Source: an uncultured delta proteobacterium
GTDB taxonomy: Bacteria; Desulfobacterota; Binatia; UBA9968
Reading direction: 5' to 3'
Length of the DNA stretch: 64,000 nucleotides
Assembly (NCBI GenBank): GCA_963728565.1
Contig: CAVSLC010000003.1
Location: 32,001-96,000, forward strand
Shown piece by piece: positions 19,690 to 29,717 of this stretch (the first letter of the stretch is position 1; every line of letters starts with the position of its first letter). The position numbers and the translations under genes are program-made. The notes beneath the pieces are model-generated. The model worked only from the letters and a program-made list of their open reading frames with translations, did not search any database and was not told the DNA's origin.

Positions 19690-19876
19690 GGTGTCCTCCC
19701 GGTTGGTCGCTCTAGAATACCTCATATTCTATTTAGGTCGCGACGCCGTAACAAGCACAAGCCGGACTTATATAACTCGGCCGTTTTTCCGAGGTGAGCT
19801 GGTCAAGGTCCAGCGGTTTTCACTTTTAAGCACATTCATTGACTCGCCCTACGCCGATTCGTTGCCTATGTCAGGC

Positions 19877-19933
19877 TGCTCAGAAACTAAGCGGAGCGCC
19901 TACTCCTTGAGCACGTTGCCCGGATCTTTTGCA
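19877..19933 (+). promoter_or_regulatory. Three 17-bp NtrC-like enhancer sites at exact 20-bp spacing
   Basis: TGCTCA-gaaac-TAAGCG (19877), CGCCTA-ctcct-TGAGCA (19897), TGCCCG-gatct-TTTGCA (19917). Confidence 0.55.
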
Positions 19934-19982
19934 TCACGCTGATCGTCTCGACAGAATTTACCGGGCTGTTTCAAGCTGATGA

Positions 19983-20420
<438 letters not shown>

Positions 20421-20454
20421 AACGATCGAGTTTATCTCCGAGGAGGGAGACAAA

Positions 20455-22074
20455 ATGAAGAAGGTGAAAAAACTGTTTGCGTATGCGTCACTGAGCTTGG
20501 CCGTGGGAATTTTCCTTTCGACCTCGCTTTCGGCCCAAGAAAACCCGGCCTCGCCAGAGCCGGCTAAAATAGAAGTCCCGGCGACCAAGTCCATGGGTCC
20601 GGGCGTTGAAGCCGAGAAAGAAGATCCCGGCGCCGCGCCGGCGCAGTTTACTCAAGGGCTGCTGCAACAAATCGGCGGCGCTAAAGTCGCCATAGACACG
20701 ATGTGGGTGTTGATTGCCGGCATGCTGGTTTTTTTCATGAACCTCGGTTTTGCATCGGTGGAATCGGGTCTGTGCCGCGCCAAAAACGCGGTGACGATTC
20801 TGGCTAAGAACTTTGTTGTCTTCGCCGCTGCGTCAATAGCGTTTTTAGTTTTAGGCTGGGGACTCATGTTCGGCGACGGCAATCCTTTTTTCGGCACTCA
20901 GGGTTTGTGGTTTGTCGGCGGCGCCGACAACAGTCCGGCTATGGGGGATGCTTACAAGGGTGTCTATTCATCGATTAACTGGACCGGAGTCCCGTTGTGG
21001 AGCAAGTTCTTCTTTCAGCTAGTCTTTGCCGGGACTGCAGCGACGATTGTTTCCGGCGCGGTCGCGGAGCGGATCAAATTCGGATCCTTCTACATTTTCA
21101 GTTTTGCCATGGTCGCTCTTATCTATCCCATCGTGGGCCATTGGATATGGGGCGGAGGCTGGCTGGCGAAATTAGGTATGTTCGACTTTGCCGGGTCGAC
21201 AGTGGTTCACTCCGTGGGCGGATGGGCGGCCCTTTCGGGAGCGATGGTGCTGGGTCCGCGCATCGGTAAATACAGTAAAGAGGGCAAGGTGATGCCGATT
21301 CCAGGTCACAGTTTGGCGCTGGCAACCCTTGGTGTATTCGTTCTGTGGTTCGGCTGGTTTGGATTCAACCCTGGCAGCACGATGGCTGCCGATGCAGGAG
21401 CGATCGGGCGAATAGCAGTGGCTACCAATACTGCCGGCGCGGCCGCGGCGATCACAGCCTCGCTAACTGCATGGTGTCTTTTGGGCAAGCCTGATCTAAG
21501 CATGATTTTGAATGGCGCCTTAGCAGGATTGGTCGCAATTACCGCAGGCTGCGCGTTCGTCAGCATTCCTAGCTCGCTGATAATCGGGATCATCGCGGGT
21601 TTTCTCGTTGTCCTTTCCGTGCTTTTTTTCGACAAACTCAAAATTGACGATCCGGTCGGAGCGACGTCGGTACACTTGGTTTGCGGCGTGTTCGGCACGC
21701 TGTGCGTCGGGCTATTCGCGCAGGCCGAGTTTACACCCAACACCACAGGCAACGGTTTGTTCTTCGGCGGTGGCGCCGGACTCTTGATGGCGCAGCTTGC
21801 GGGCGTGGTGGGCGTCGGAGTTTTCGTTTTCGTGAGCTCGCTCATCGTCTGGAAGATTATCGAGGCAACTGTTGGCGTTCGAGTTTCGCCGGAAGAGGAG
21901 ATCGAAGGACTCGATGTCAATGAACATGGCAATGTCGCATATCCCGATTTTGTTACGGTGACCTCGAGAAGCAGCACGATGGTTGGGGGCACAACGGGCG
22001 CCTCAGGAGAAGCGGTGGCGCGCGAACACCGGCCGGCGGTTTCAGAGGGAGCCGCTTTAGAAGAGCTCGCGTGA
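20455..22074 (+). CDS. amtB: Ammonium transporter
   Basis: DFAGSTVVH, WFGWFGFN, DDPVGATSVH (both conserved His); N-terminal signal-like extension. Confidence 0.97.
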   Translation: MKKVKKLFAYASLSLAVGIFLSTSLSAQENPASPEPAKIEVPATKSMGPGVEAEKEDPGAAPAQFTQGLLQQIGGAKVAIDTMWVLIAGMLVFFMNLGFASVESGLCRAKNAVTILAKNFVVFAAASIAFLVLGWGLMFGDGNPFFGTQGLWFVGGADNSPAMGDAYKGVYSSINWTGVPLWSKFFFQLVFAGTAATIVSGAVAERIKFGSFYIFSFAMVALIYPIVGHWIWGGGWLAKLGMFDFAGSTVVHSVGGWAALSGAMVLGPRIGKYSKEGKVMPIPGHSLALATLGVFVLWFGWFGFNPGSTMAADAGAIGRIAVATNTAGAAAAITASLTAWCLLGKPDLSMILNGALAGLVAITAGCAFVSIPSSLIIGIIAGFLVVLSVLFFDKLKIDDPVGATSVHLVCGVFGTLCVGLFAQAEFTPNTTGNGLFFGGGAGLLMAQLAGVVGVGVFVFVSSLIVWKIIEATVGVRVSPEEEIEGLDVNEHGNVAYPDFVTVTSRSSTMVGGTTGASGEAVAREHRPAVSEGAALEELA

Positions 22075-22174
22075 GATTGACATCAGGATCTTTCCGAGCC
22101 CGGCTTGTTTTGCTGAAGTATCTAGAATCGAGAATCGATCAAGTAATTTTTCGCTGATGTGCGAATAGGTGCAG

Positions 22175-22522
22175 GTGAATTATCGAACACTGAAGTGAAC
22201 GGCTGACTGATTATTATCCCATAGGAAAAGCGGAAAGCGACGAGCCTTCTATCGGTCAAGTATCTCTTCCAGCGGTGACTTAGCGACAGAGGAGTGCGAG
22301 TGATTGTGAATTTAAAATGACTCGAACAGTTGGGTTTTTGGGAAATGGGTCTTGTGGATGTCTTTCAAAAGAGAAATCGACCTGCGCGCCGGCATTATCC
22401 AACTCTGCCAGCCTGATCCAGCGTTGGCGGGTTATTTCATGATGACCGTTTCGCCGAACCGTTCGAGATTTCCTGATCTCGAAGGAGCAATGCAATCGGA
22501 AACGAAAAGTGGCGATGACTGA
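22175..22522 (+). pseudogene. Decayed STAS-domain (anti-sigma antagonist-like) gene
   Basis: Fragments RVIVNLK*LEQLGFWEMG, SFKREIDLRAGIIQLCQPDPALAGYF, HDDRFAEPFEI, PDLEGAM; several stops and shifts. Confidence 0.55.
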
Positions 22523-22930
22523 GATCGGTGCCAGTGTCCGCGAATTGAATCGGGGATCTTTTCTCCACGGCCTGAATGCAGCAGCCAGAGCTATGTGCTC
22601 AAAGCCGCTACAGGAATGCCATGATCGATTCTGGCTCGGGATCAGAACTTTCCGCTGCTGGAACGCGGCCTTTTTCCACGATAGCGTGTTGATAGCTGGT
22701 AATTTGTCCTACATTGCCGGATCCGGCGTATCGGCGACTACATCGATTCTCTGACTCGACTGCGCTACTTCGGCCCGTAGGCGCTATATCCCGGACACGG
22801 CACAATATCCGCTGCCCCGCTGCAAGATGTCGATCATGCAATTGCCAATGCGCAGAAAAATATTAGCTGCGAGGAACGATGGAGGTCCGGAGATGTTTAC
22901 CAGAAGCAGGATGAGGATTGGGTCGAGTGA
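22515..22930 (+). pseudogene. Decayed MBL-fold metallo-hydrolase gene with internal deletion
   Basis: Fragments SSQSYVLK, RNAMIDSG, DQNFPLL, DSVLIAGNLSYIAGSG, IGDYIDSLTRL...*ALYPGHG; HxHxDH region missing. Confidence 0.65.
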
Positions 22931-23136
22931 CTACCTCCGGATACCAAGCTCACGCCTATTAAGAACGTCGGAATAGCTGGAGGCGGTGTCATGTATCACT
23001 TGCTAGGATGGGTGTCGGCCTCCATATGCAGGCAAATGCCTAGCAAATGATCATCGCTTTGAACAAACTGTGTGCAGGTTCAGTCAGAAGCGCAGAGCGC
23101 GGTTGATTCTCATTGACGTTAGTGGCGACAGGCCTA

Positions 23137-23152
23137 TGGCATTTTTATTGCT
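23137..23152 (+). promoter_or_regulatory. Sigma54 -24/-12 promoter of the porin gene
   Basis: TGGCAT-TTTTA-TTGCT; NtrC-like TGCCTA-gcaaa-TGATCA at 23037-23053. Confidence 0.75.
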
Positions 23153-23215
23153 CTGTTTTATTCCTCTGATTGAACAACTTACGTCCAAATATATGCCGAA
23201 CATAGGAGGCTCTTG

Positions 23216-24433
23216 ATGAAGAAAGGTTTGCTCGGACTCGTTTTTATCGCAGCCATCGCTGCTTTTGAACTGCCCGCGGCACAGACGCAAGACAAACCGT
23301 TAGGGCCTGGCTGGTTGAGCTTGGATAACAGCGTCGGCTTGCTCGATAAAAATATCGCGCATGGCAAATCCGCTATAGAAGGCGCTTTGGGGATTGGCGT
23401 CAGCGGGTTTCTCGATAGCAGTTACCAGTGGAGCTCGAATCATCCGAAGAACCCGAGAAACATTTCCGGCAGATACTTCGATAAGGATTACAACAAACTT
23501 GTTTTCAATTACTTTCATGTGGCGGTGGAGAAACCTGAGAAAGATTGGGGCGTTGGTTTTCGCCTTTCGGGCGATTTCGGCCGCGGTGGCGAGCTTCTGA
23601 GAGAGGCTACATTGTGGGGTAAGAATTTTCACGATGAGCCTTCGGCTGAAGTGCGCGAAGCGTACCTGACAACGACAATTCCCATTGGCGAAGGCATCGG
23701 TGTCAAAGGCGGGCTTTTCGTTACCACGCTAGGGACTGAAATTCTTCCCAATCCAGGAGCCTACAACGACAATATTTCTAGGTCATTCCTCTTCAACTTC
23801 GCCATCCCCTTTCGCCATTTGGGCGTGCTCTTTAGCTACCCAATCTTGAAGACATTCTCAGTTAATGCCGGAGTAGTGACCGGGTGGGACAATCCTCGCG
23901 ATAATAATCGGCAACCCTCGTTTATGGCAGGCATTGGATTCAATCCGACGGACCAATTTGCCCTGGCCAGCAACTTTATCTATGGCCCGGAGCAAAGGAG
24001 TAACAATGGTGACCAGCGTTTCACGATGAGCCATGTAGCCACTTTGAAGCCTTTTGATCCTCTCGCTCTGATCCTCGAATATACTTACGGCAGAGAAGAA
24101 AATGCCTCCTTGGGTGGAACGAGGGACGCCGTATGGCAAGGCATCGCCGGGATCGCGTCCTACGGCTGGAGCGATCGCTTCTCGACGGCATTGAGAGGCG
24201 AGTTTTTCAACGACCGAGATGGCGCTCGCTTGGGGGGCAACTTTACCGCAACCCATGCTAACAACAGTATTGCGGAAGTTACCCTGACCGGTGCTTACAA
24301 ATTAACCAAAATGTTGCTCGGCCGAGTTGAAGTCCGTCAGGACTGGTCTGATGAAACGTTCTATAGGAAGGGCGCATCGTCAGCCGATAAAAATCAGACG
24401 ACCCTTGCCGGCCAACTGATATATACGTTCTAG
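23216..24433 (+). CDS. Outer-membrane beta-barrel porin (BBP2/OmpL-like)
   Basis: Signal peptide, amphipathic strands, SRSFLF...PFRHLG, C-terminal LIYTF. Confidence 0.85.
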   Translation: MKKGLLGLVFIAAIAAFELPAAQTQDKPLGPGWLSLDNSVGLLDKNIAHGKSAIEGALGIGVSGFLDSSYQWSSNHPKNPRNISGRYFDKDYNKLVFNYFHVAVEKPEKDWGVGFRLSGDFGRGGELLREATLWGKNFHDEPSAEVREAYLTTTIPIGEGIGVKGGLFVTTLGTEILPNPGAYNDNISRSFLFNFAIPFRHLGVLFSYPILKTFSVNAGVVTGWDNPRDNNRQPSFMAGIGFNPTDQFALASNFIYGPEQRSNNGDQRFTMSHVATLKPFDPLALILEYTYGREENASLGGTRDAVWQGIAGIASYGWSDRFSTALRGEFFNDRDGARLGGNFTATHANNSIAEVTLTGAYKLTKMLLGRVEVRQDWSDETFYRKGASSADKNQTTLAGQLIYTF

Positions 24434-24458
24434 GACGATTGCCTCCTCCTAGGGCGGG

Positions 24459-24495
24459 ACGGGGAACGGCGTTATGCTGTTCCCCGTTTTTTTTT
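24459..24495 (+). terminator. Rho-independent terminator
   Basis: ACGGGGAACGGC-gttat-GCTGTTCCCCGT followed by a T run. Confidence 0.85.
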
Positions 24496-24811
24496 GCCGC
24501 CTTAAAAGTCCAAGGACTACGCCCTTCGCCAGCCTTGCAGGTTGGCTGTGTGAATTGGTTGACATGCAGCATTCCAGCGCTAGCGCTGTAGATCGGTGCA
24601 ATGCGCGCAGATTTCTCCCGCCATTCTACATTCACTAGAGCGACCGGGCGGTTACTTAGGTATTGTTTTCAACAGAAGAAGTTGCAAGTGTGTTGGAGCG
24701 ATCTCCCACTTATTGATCATCAGGCCGTGATTGGAATATCGCGGCTGCGAATTGATTGGCAATACGCTGGTAAGATCGAGCTAGACCAGGGATCGGGTTT
24801 AAGAAAAGATG

Positions 24812-25240
24812 ATGTCATCGAAGACAATAATTCCAGCGGTTGTTGTCGCGATCTTTGCCGGATCTCTCATCTGGTGGGCGGTGTTGAAAAATCCCCGGCG
24901 AGAAAATCCCCGGTCCGAGGAGTCTCTCAACAGACTAGCTGCCGAAATTAATCGCAGAGTGCCGGTCATGATCGATAAAGAGACCGAGTTGCTACCGGCA
25001 GTTGGCGCAGAGGGATTGTTGACCTATAACTATCGTTTGGTGAGTTATTCGGTTACTCAGTTTGATGCCACCAGATTCGCTGTGGGAGCAAAAGAAAGAG
25101 TCACTCAAGGGGCATGCAATCGTCCAGAGACGCGAGATGATTTACTAAAAAATGGCGTGACGCTGCGTTATTCTTATTATGACAAAGACAAGCAACACAT
25201 CGCGACCATCGACATATCCTCGGCAGACTGCGGATTGTAA
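24812..25240 (+). CDS. Membrane-anchored protein, PA3611/pilotin-like
   Basis: N-terminal TM; EINRRVPVMIDKET, LTYNYRL, two Cys, LRYSYYDKD. Confidence 0.65.
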   Translation: MSSKTIIPAVVVAIFAGSLIWWAVLKNPRRENPRSEESLNRLAAEINRRVPVMIDKETELLPAVGAEGLLTYNYRLVSYSVTQFDATRFAVGAKERVTQGACNRPETRDDLLKNGVTLRYSYYDKDKQHIATIDISSADCGL

Positions 25241-25594
25241 CCTGCACCAAGCCTAAGTCCATGAGGCTGATCCGCGGTCAGTATCGTTCGAGGCGATGAT
25301 GCTGAAACGTATGCTGATAATTTTTCTGAAGTTTAGCCACACGGACGGCCGGTGAATTTAGCTTCTGTGAAGTCTCTATAGATGATGAATGTTTTTTTGC
25401 GCCAGGATTCCAGGCTGCCTACCGAGTGAACTTTGCTCCGACCGTCGTTTCCAATTCGGTGTAACGATACAGTCGATGGGCAGTAGCGAAAAAGCCGTCT
25501 ACCGATAGATTACGGAATTCATAAAGCAGCTCTCCTGGGCCGGATTAGAATTCGCAGCGCCCACTGACATCCAGAATGACATAGTCGTTGCAGG

Positions 25595-26627
25595 CTACTT
25601 CAGAATCTCTTTAGCCCGCGGAATAAGCGACTTGTCCAGGTTGAACACCTCATGGACATTGCGTTCCAGTTCAGCGCCATCGAGGGGATTGATGTCGAGC
25701 TTGGCTTTGGTCGCATCTGCCAGAAATTCCGGATCCTTCATGGTTTCCATAAAGGCGCGGCGCAGAATCTGCACCCGGTCTTTTGGCGTTCCAGGAGGCA
25801 GCACATACGGGCCGCGCCGTTGGGCCGACGCTGTGGACCAAAGCGATGATCAGTTTCTTTGCTTCCTCGGTCCTGGCGAAATCGATGGCCAAGGGCAGTT
25901 TCGGATGTTCTGCGTGCGGCTTGGCAATATTTTGTAATACGATCGTCACTTCGCCCGAACTAAGCTCCTTACTCCAGGTGGCTTTGAAGGATTCCCAGGA
26001 ATTGCAGATGCCGGTGATCTCGCCGCTGTTGAAGGCGAGTCGCACGTCGGCAGTTCCTTTATAGCCGCTGACCAGCTGCATCGGCAGGCCGATGGTCGCC
26101 GCCAAAACTTTTGGGATGTCATCTGTCGCCGAACCTGCGCCAACCCCGCCCAGCTTAACCGCGGTCTTGGAAGACAACCATTGTTCAATGGTCGTGATGC
26201 CCGTGCTCTTGGCCGCACCTAGCATGTAATTGTCTTGAGCCGGTACGCCGATAAATTGGAACTTGGTCGACTCGAATTCGACTCCCGGCTTACCCAAAAG
26301 CTGCTGCAAGAAAAGACCCCCGATAAAATGACCGATGGTCAGTCCATCGGGCTTTGCCACGTTGTACATGTGGTTGGCAGAAATCAGAAATCCGGCTCCT
26401 GGCATGTTTTCCACGGCGAGGGTGGGATTGCCGGGGATGTGTTTGCCCATATGGCGCGCGAGAGTGCGGGAGTAAGTGTCGTAACCGCCCCCGGCAGAGG
26501 CTCCGACGATGATTCGTACCGTTTTGCCCTTGTAGAACGGATCCTGCGCGTGCGCGGGAGCATACGTAAAACTGGAATACGAAAGGGTTAGCAAACCCAT
26601 GATCAACATCATCGGCGTCCGGGCCAT
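25595..26627 (-). CDS. TctC/Bug tripartite tricarboxylate transporter substrate-binding protein, one frameshift near 25810
   Basis: GASAGGGYD, ENMPGAG, KPDGLT, GYKGT; C-terminus (PPGTPKDRV) continues in ORF 25595-25804. Confidence 0.88.
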
Positions 26628-26655
26628 AAGACCTCCCCATTACCTCGAGTTGTCT

Positions 26656-27678
26656 TTACTGCAAGATCTCTTTCAATTGGGTAACCAGGTTGGCGTCCAT
26701 CTTGAACAGCGCGGTGACGATTTTCTCGATTTCCTCGCCGGTCAGCGGATCAGTGTCCAGCCTCGATTTTTTTGCGTCAGCGAGAAACTCCGGGTCGTTG
26801 AGAGTATCGACAAATGCTTTGCGCAGGAGCTGCACACGGTCTTTCGGTGTTCCCGGGCCGAGTGCGTAGGGTCTGGTTATCGCGGCAGGATCATGGCCGC
26901 CGTATTTCAGCAGCTGCTTGCTATTTTCGTTGGGAGCAAAATCGATGGCATTGGCAATGTTCGGCAACTCCGGATGGGGTTTGGGATTGACTTGCAGAAC
27001 CACGGAGACATTGCCCGAATCGAGTCCCTGACGCCAGATCGACTTGATTGATTCCCATTGCCAGCAACCGCCGGCGACTTCTCCAGCTTCGGCGGCAAGG
27101 CGAACTTCAGCCGTGCCTTTGTAACCGGCGACCAGCTGAATCGGCAGTTTCAGCGCAGCAATTAACAGCTTTGCGGTATTGTAAGTCGTATCTCCGGGTG
27201 CTACACCGCCGACTTTGACCGGCGTCTTGGCGTTTCTCAGCGCATCGACCGAGGTAATGCCGCTGGCTTTGGTAAACGCGCACGCAACATTGTCCTGCGT
27301 CGGAATACCGATGTACTCGAATTTACGAGCATCAAACTCTATGCCTGGCTTGCCGATGATCTGGTTGATCACTTGATTGCCGTGGAAATTTAGAATTGTC
27401 AGTCCGTCCGGCTTGGCGACCTTGTATACGTGATTAGCCGCCACCAGACTGGCGGCTCCCGTCATATTCTCGACTACAATCGAGGGATTGCCTGGTATAT
27501 GTCGGCCGATATGACGTCCAATCACACGGGAGTAGGTGTCGAAACCACCGCCAGCGGAAAAACCCACAATCAACCTAATCGTCTTGCCCTCATAATAAGG
27601 AGCCGCGGCGCCCGCCGGGACGGCCAATAGGAAGCTAAGTATAAGCGCTGAAAAACCCTTGCCCAGGGACTTGAACAT
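26656..27678 (-). CDS. TctC/Bug tripartite tricarboxylate transporter substrate-binding protein
   Basis: Signal peptide; GFSAGGGFD, ENMTGA, KPDGLT, GYKGT, PGTPKDRV. Confidence 0.92.
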   Translation of the reverse strand: MFKSLGKGFSALILSFLLAVPAGAAAPYYEGKTIRLIVGFSAGGGFDTYSRVIGRHIGRHIPGNPSIVVENMTGAASLVAANHVYKVAKPDGLTILNFHGNQVINQIIGKPGIEFDARKFEYIGIPTQDNVACAFTKASGITSVDALRNAKTPVKVGGVAPGDTTYNTAKLLIAALKLPIQLVAGYKGTAEVRLAAEAGEVAGGCWQWESIKSIWRQGLDSGNVSVVLQVNPKPHPELPNIANAIDFAPNENSKQLLKYGGHDPAAITRPYALGPGTPKDRVQLLRKAFVDTLNDPEFLADAKKSRLDTDPLTGEEIEKIVTALFKMDANLVTQLKEILQ

Positions 27679-27735
27679 AAACTCTCCTCTAGCGAGATTA
27701 TAGTCTGCGGGAATTATTATGTTTAAGCTGCGCTG

Positions 27736-28524
27736 TCAACGGTCGCGCAGCATCTCAGCCCGAAGCTCCGCCTCCCAAGCCCGGCTGCCACCGATTTGCC
27801 ATTGGCATTGTAAATCGTGGATCTGGTTGGGGTCGGTAAATTTGGTTATCTCATCGAGCGCGGTTTTTAGAACCGCTTCGTGGCGATCGCGATCATGCGG
27901 TGGACCGAAGGTTCGGCCTACCGGATGATCGACAAAGACAGCTCGCGGCGGAGTCACCTTGCTCATTATGTCTAGAGCGGTGCCGATCACCAGGGTTGGA
28001 ATGCCGCGCCCCTCGATAACATGGGCGATGAGACCGACGGTCTCATGGCAAAACGGTCAGTAGGGCACCAGCAAGGCGAGATCCACTGCCATCTTTTTTA
28101 AATCAGCTGCGATCTCGGGGGCCAGCTCGTCTTCGATTTCTTGTGGGCGGCGAATGCCGCCCATGAAAGAGAAATGAAACGGCGAAATTGCGCCGATGGT
28201 GCCGTGCTGTGCCAGAGAGGCAAGCGCGGTGCGTGGAAAAATAATTTCGGGATCCTGTTTGGGTACCCGGCCGATCCCAGAATGGTGATCGATAATAATC
28301 GCGCCGGCGTGATCAGCCGGAATGCGCCGATAGCTCAGGTCCTCGCGCGGCACAAAGGGCTCCTGATCTTCCAGCCGCAGGGCTGCGCTCGACAAAAGGG
28401 CAATCGTTGATTGATTGACCGGCTTGGTGATCGGCGACCAAGCTTGCTTCGATGGCGGGACTAGAACGCGCGGCGGCTTGGGCGCGCCGGCCTGAGCCAT
28501 GATGGGAAGATATTCGAACGACAT
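27736..28524 (-). CDS. PrdB/GrdB-family selenoprotein (262 aa, Sec at codon 156)
   Basis: ORFs 28057-28524 and 27736-27990 are in one frame separated only by TGA (28057-28059): LLVPY-U-PFCHETVGLIAHVIEGRGIPT...PPRAVFVDHPVG. Confidence 0.88.
28028..28046 (-). promoter_or_regulatory. Candidate bacterial SECIS hairpin
   Basis: ATGAGACC-GTC-GGTCTCAT perfect stem starting 10 nt after the UGA, with G in the loop. Confidence 0.75.
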
Positions 28525-28700
28525 ATTCTATCTATCCTTCCGTTCGGAGGATTATTCCCTGCGTGATCGTCTTCAACTCTTCGGACGCAGCAAACAAAGA
28601 TACAATGACACCCATCACAATCACATTCAGATTTGAGACAGCCGTGCGCTGCATGTCTCACATCGTATACAAGTCAGTCTCGGCCGGCTCTTGGCGAAGC

Positions 28701-28716
28701 TGGCCTTGCTCTTGCG
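28701..28716 (+). promoter_or_regulatory. Sigma54-like promoter of the hemerythrin gene
   Basis: TGGCCT-TGCTC-TTGCG; upstream inverted repeat TGAGACA-N13-TGTCTCA (28634-28660). Confidence 0.5.
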
Positions 28717-28743
28717 TTGTACTCCGGCAAGGAGGAACAAACA

Positions 28744-29220
28744 ATGGATGCGCTCGAACTCTTAAAACAGGATCACGCGAAAGTTAAAGAGCTGCTGGAG
28801 AAGGCGGAAAGCGTGGAGCAAGCCAAAGAACGCACCGCCATCTTCGAAAAAATCAAAACTGAATTAGAAACTCATGCGCGGATCGAAGAAAATGTTTTCT
28901 ATCCCGCGGTGCAGAAAAACGAAGAACTCAAAGACATGGTTCTCGAGTCCATCGAAGAGCATAAACAAGTTAAGACTCTGCTGCGAGAAATGGATAACCT
29001 GTCTAAGGATAGCGAGAAATTCGAACCGAAGCTCAAAGTACTCAAAGAAAACGTCGAGCATCATGCGGAGGAAGAGGAGGAAGGAAAGATGTTTCCGAAG
29101 GTACGCAAGCTTTTTAGCGCAACCGAGCTGCAGGAACTCGGAGCGGAACTGGAAGCGGCAAAAGGAAACCGGGAGCGTAAGGCAGGTTTAAGTATTCCGA
29201 AACGACCTGTGCGACAGTAA
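28744..29220 (+). CDS. Hemerythrin HHE domain protein
   Basis: LKQDH, HARIEENVFYP, EEHK, HHAEEEE...MFP; GGAGG RBS. Confidence 0.92.
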   Translation: MDALELLKQDHAKVKELLEKAESVEQAKERTAIFEKIKTELETHARIEENVFYPAVQKNEELKDMVLESIEEHKQVKTLLREMDNLSKDSEKFEPKLKVLKENVEHHAEEEEEGKMFPKVRKLFSATELQELGAELEAAKGNRERKAGLSIPKRPVRQ

Positions 29221-29232
29221 ACGGAGGCATGC

Positions 29233-29625
29233 ATGGAAACGTATGATGTAGCGACCCAAACCAATGGTTTACCGAATAACATAGATGAAGATCGACTCAC
29301 AAAGAATATCGAATCGTATACGGCGGCCATACCCTCCTCAGCCTACCTGGGCGTGGCAGTTGGGGCCATGGCGCTTTCCTTGTTCTGTCAAATCACCGGG
29401 CGTGGAAAGTGGGGTAATTTCATAGCGCAGTGGGTGCCCACCTGGTTGATCATCGGCGTCTATAACAAATTGGTCAAACTGGAAGGCCACGACCGGTACG
29501 ATCGCGGCATCATGAATGAACCAGTGGGTGATTACAGTTGCGAGTTCTGCGACAGTAAATTTAGTCTGCACTCGGATCTCGAAAACCACAGAAAGCATTG
29601 TAGTGTGCGCAGTCCAGTGACTTAA
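29233..29625 (+). CDS. Small membrane protein with C-terminal classical zinc-finger signature
   Basis: Two hydrophobic segments ending YNKLVKLEGHD, then YSCEFCDSKFSLHSDLENHRKHC; GGAGG RBS. Confidence 0.8.
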   Translation: METYDVATQTNGLPNNIDEDRLTKNIESYTAAIPSSAYLGVAVGAMALSLFCQITGRGKWGNFIAQWVPTWLIIGVYNKLVKLEGHDRYDRGIMNEPVGDYSCEFCDSKFSLHSDLENHRKHCSVRSPVT

Positions 29626-29717
29626 TAGCCAGGCGGGGCAGTCGGCAGAAATCGTTGAGTAACCGATTGCTTCGCGCTGCTGCAATTCGTAAGTTCGAAT
29701 TAACACTCCGAACCTCG

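Noticed and set aside
22150-22165. Another iron operator (TTCG...CGAA) after amtB
   Set aside because: Spacer is 8 nt rather than 6 and there is no linked -35 box
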